IMG/VR virus record: IMGVR_UViG_3300036770_001972
Coordinates: 1 to 64,000 of that record
Source of the DNA: a virus
Length of the DNA: 64,000 nt
Strand: one strand, 5' to 3'
The notes beneath the pieces are model-generated. The model did not search any database and was not told the origin of the DNA. It saw nothing but the letters and a program-made list of their open reading frames with translations. The position numbers were made by a program, and so were the translations under genes. This document shows positions 62,714 through 64,000 of this stretch, in pieces (within the stretch, counting starts at the first letter, position 1; every line of letters starts with the position of its first letter).

Positions 62714-64000
62714 GATGTCTCCAAATTCAACTCTGCCTTCTTGTAGTCGGCAATCGGTTCTGCGAACGAATCACGCGACAATGTCATCGTCATAGTATGT
62801 TCACGATCTGTTACGAGATGCTTTACGGTGGTGACCAAGTAGCGACCCTTGAGGTAGTCATCTTCGTAGTTGTCTTGATTCTTCGTTGCTTCCTTTGCAA
62901 TCGTCCTGAAGTTGATCACCTGACCCGCCTTGACATTCGTATCGCCGTAACAGGAAACTATGAGATTGATCGAATTCAGTTGGTTGAGTAGAGACTGCCT
63001 GAGCAATACCGTTTCATCGGGATCGTGAACCTGTGCAAGTCCCGCCATCGAATAAGATGACTTTGGATAGAATCGAATGTGCGATTCCACGGAGTCTGTG
63101 TAATCGATCTTCTGCATCGGAATGAGAGGGTTCTTCTCAAGATGTGCAGCATCATTCATAAACGACTTGTCATACTTGAACTGCGAGGTAGACCATGTCT
63201 TGGTTGTCATGTCATGGGTCATGATCGCTGACGCAAGCATTCCCAAGTTCTGTTGCTTGATCTTGTCCGTCATGTCTTCCACGACCAACGAGTGAATGTT
63301 GCGAAGTTCAGACTCAAGCATTCTTGCCCCATCGTCGCTACGGAACCCATCGGGATAGTTTGTGTATGTAAACGCGGCATCGGCTGTCTTTAGACCCGAC
63401 AGGGGGACGAAATGGTGCCCGTCTGAGTTTTGAAACAGCACATAATCACACATGGAGGTGTCGGCTCTCGCTCTAGCCCTATGTGCAAGCCAATTGATTG
63501 CATACAGGGGCGACCAATAGGGAATCACATACGAGCGATTGTCGAAGGTCTCTGTAACCGTCTTGAGATGGATCTTGTCATCATCGAAGGCTTCCCGTGC
63601 AAGCCCGATTGCGCCGCCTACGATAGCCCCAGCCACGCTCCCTGCAATCGGGATGGGGATCATACTGCCAACCAAGCCCCCTGCTGCCGCGCCTCCTGCG
63701 AGGGCTGAAATGAGACCGTTGTTTTCGCCGTTATCGACCGCCAAAAACTCGTCAAAGATGTTCTCCACCATCTTGGACACGGGCATGTTTCGATATGATT
63801 TCGAAACCTTTGTTTGCATGCTTTTGATCGCCTGTTGAGCGACAAACTCAATGCGAACCATCTGTGTTGATTCCTGTGCAGTCTCGGTCAGCACCGAAAT
63901 TTTGTATGTTCGAAACACCATCTTCACGGGCTGACTGCCGCCCATGGGCGTTCGATAGATGATTGTCAGAGTCTCGGCACCGATGATCGGAAAGTTCTTT
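62710..64000 (-). CDS. baseplate hub protein (gp27-like); 5' truncated
   Basis: frame open to the edge (NFPIIGAE), IPYWSP, GDTNVKAGQVI, GRYLVTTVKH. Confidence 0.75.
   Translation of the reverse strand, partial: KNFPIIGAETLTIIYRTPMGGSQPVKMVFRTYKISVLTETAQESTQMVRIEFVAQQAIKSMQTKVSKSYRNMPVSKMVENIFDEFLAVDNGENNGLISALAGGAAAGGLVGSMIPIPIAGSVAGAIVGGAIGLAREAFDDDKIHLKTVTETFDNRSYVIPYWSPLYAINWLAHRARARADTSMCDYVLFQNSDGHHFVPLSGLKTADAAFTYTNYPDGFRSDDGARMLESELRNIHSLVVEDMTDKIKQQNLGMLASAIMTHDMTTKTWSTSQFKYDKSFMNDAAHLEKNPLIPMQKIDYTDSVESHIRFYPKSSYSMAGLAQVHDPDETVLLRQSLLNQLNSINLIVSCYGDTNVKAGQVINFRTIAKEATKNQDNYEDDYLKGRYLVTTVKHLVTDREHTMTMTLSRDSFAEPIADYKKAELNLETS

Noticed and set aside
1-64000. Alternative genetic code
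   Set aside because: Core genes are intact under the standard code and TAA, TGA and TAG all serve as stops.

Overview
Fragment of a large T4-like myophage genome with cyanophage/pelagiphage-type gene order. Bases 1 to ~19600 (+ strand) are a dense accessory region of about 55 small ORFs driven by sigma70-type promoters, several apparently leaderless. It holds two expanded paralog families (11 proteins with an ARxxWxxL...GW helix; 4 coiled-coil proteins ending ERDEARR..C...WDC[FY]), an EndoVII-type nuclease, a deaminase, a GDP-fucose pathway (fcl-gmd) and host-like exported proteins (PAP/PEP-CTERM, cohesin-dockerin). From ~19600 to 64000 (- strand) is the virion module: hub, gp5, PAAR, GAF-holin candidate, gp25, gp6, gp7, gp8, DUF4815-like protein, fibers, GT2-TPR glycosyltransferase, gp13-gp23, two gp3 paralogs, then a dockerin-bearing subtilase and a spanin-like lipoprotein. 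A [C/A]TAAATA late-promoter motif marks both the structural genes and several islands in the accessory region. Best candidate for a new system: virion-wide protein glycosylation, based on a late GT2-TPR enzyme among fiber genes, late GDP-fucose synthesis, and a G-x-[T/S]-[G/A] motif recurring in exposed virion proteins. Second candidate: a late exported PEP-CTERM/cohesin/dockerin/subtilase set that points to a Phycisphaerales-like planctomycete host. All family calls come from motif recognition by eye; no searches were run. No tRNA, rRNA or CRISPR array was recognised.
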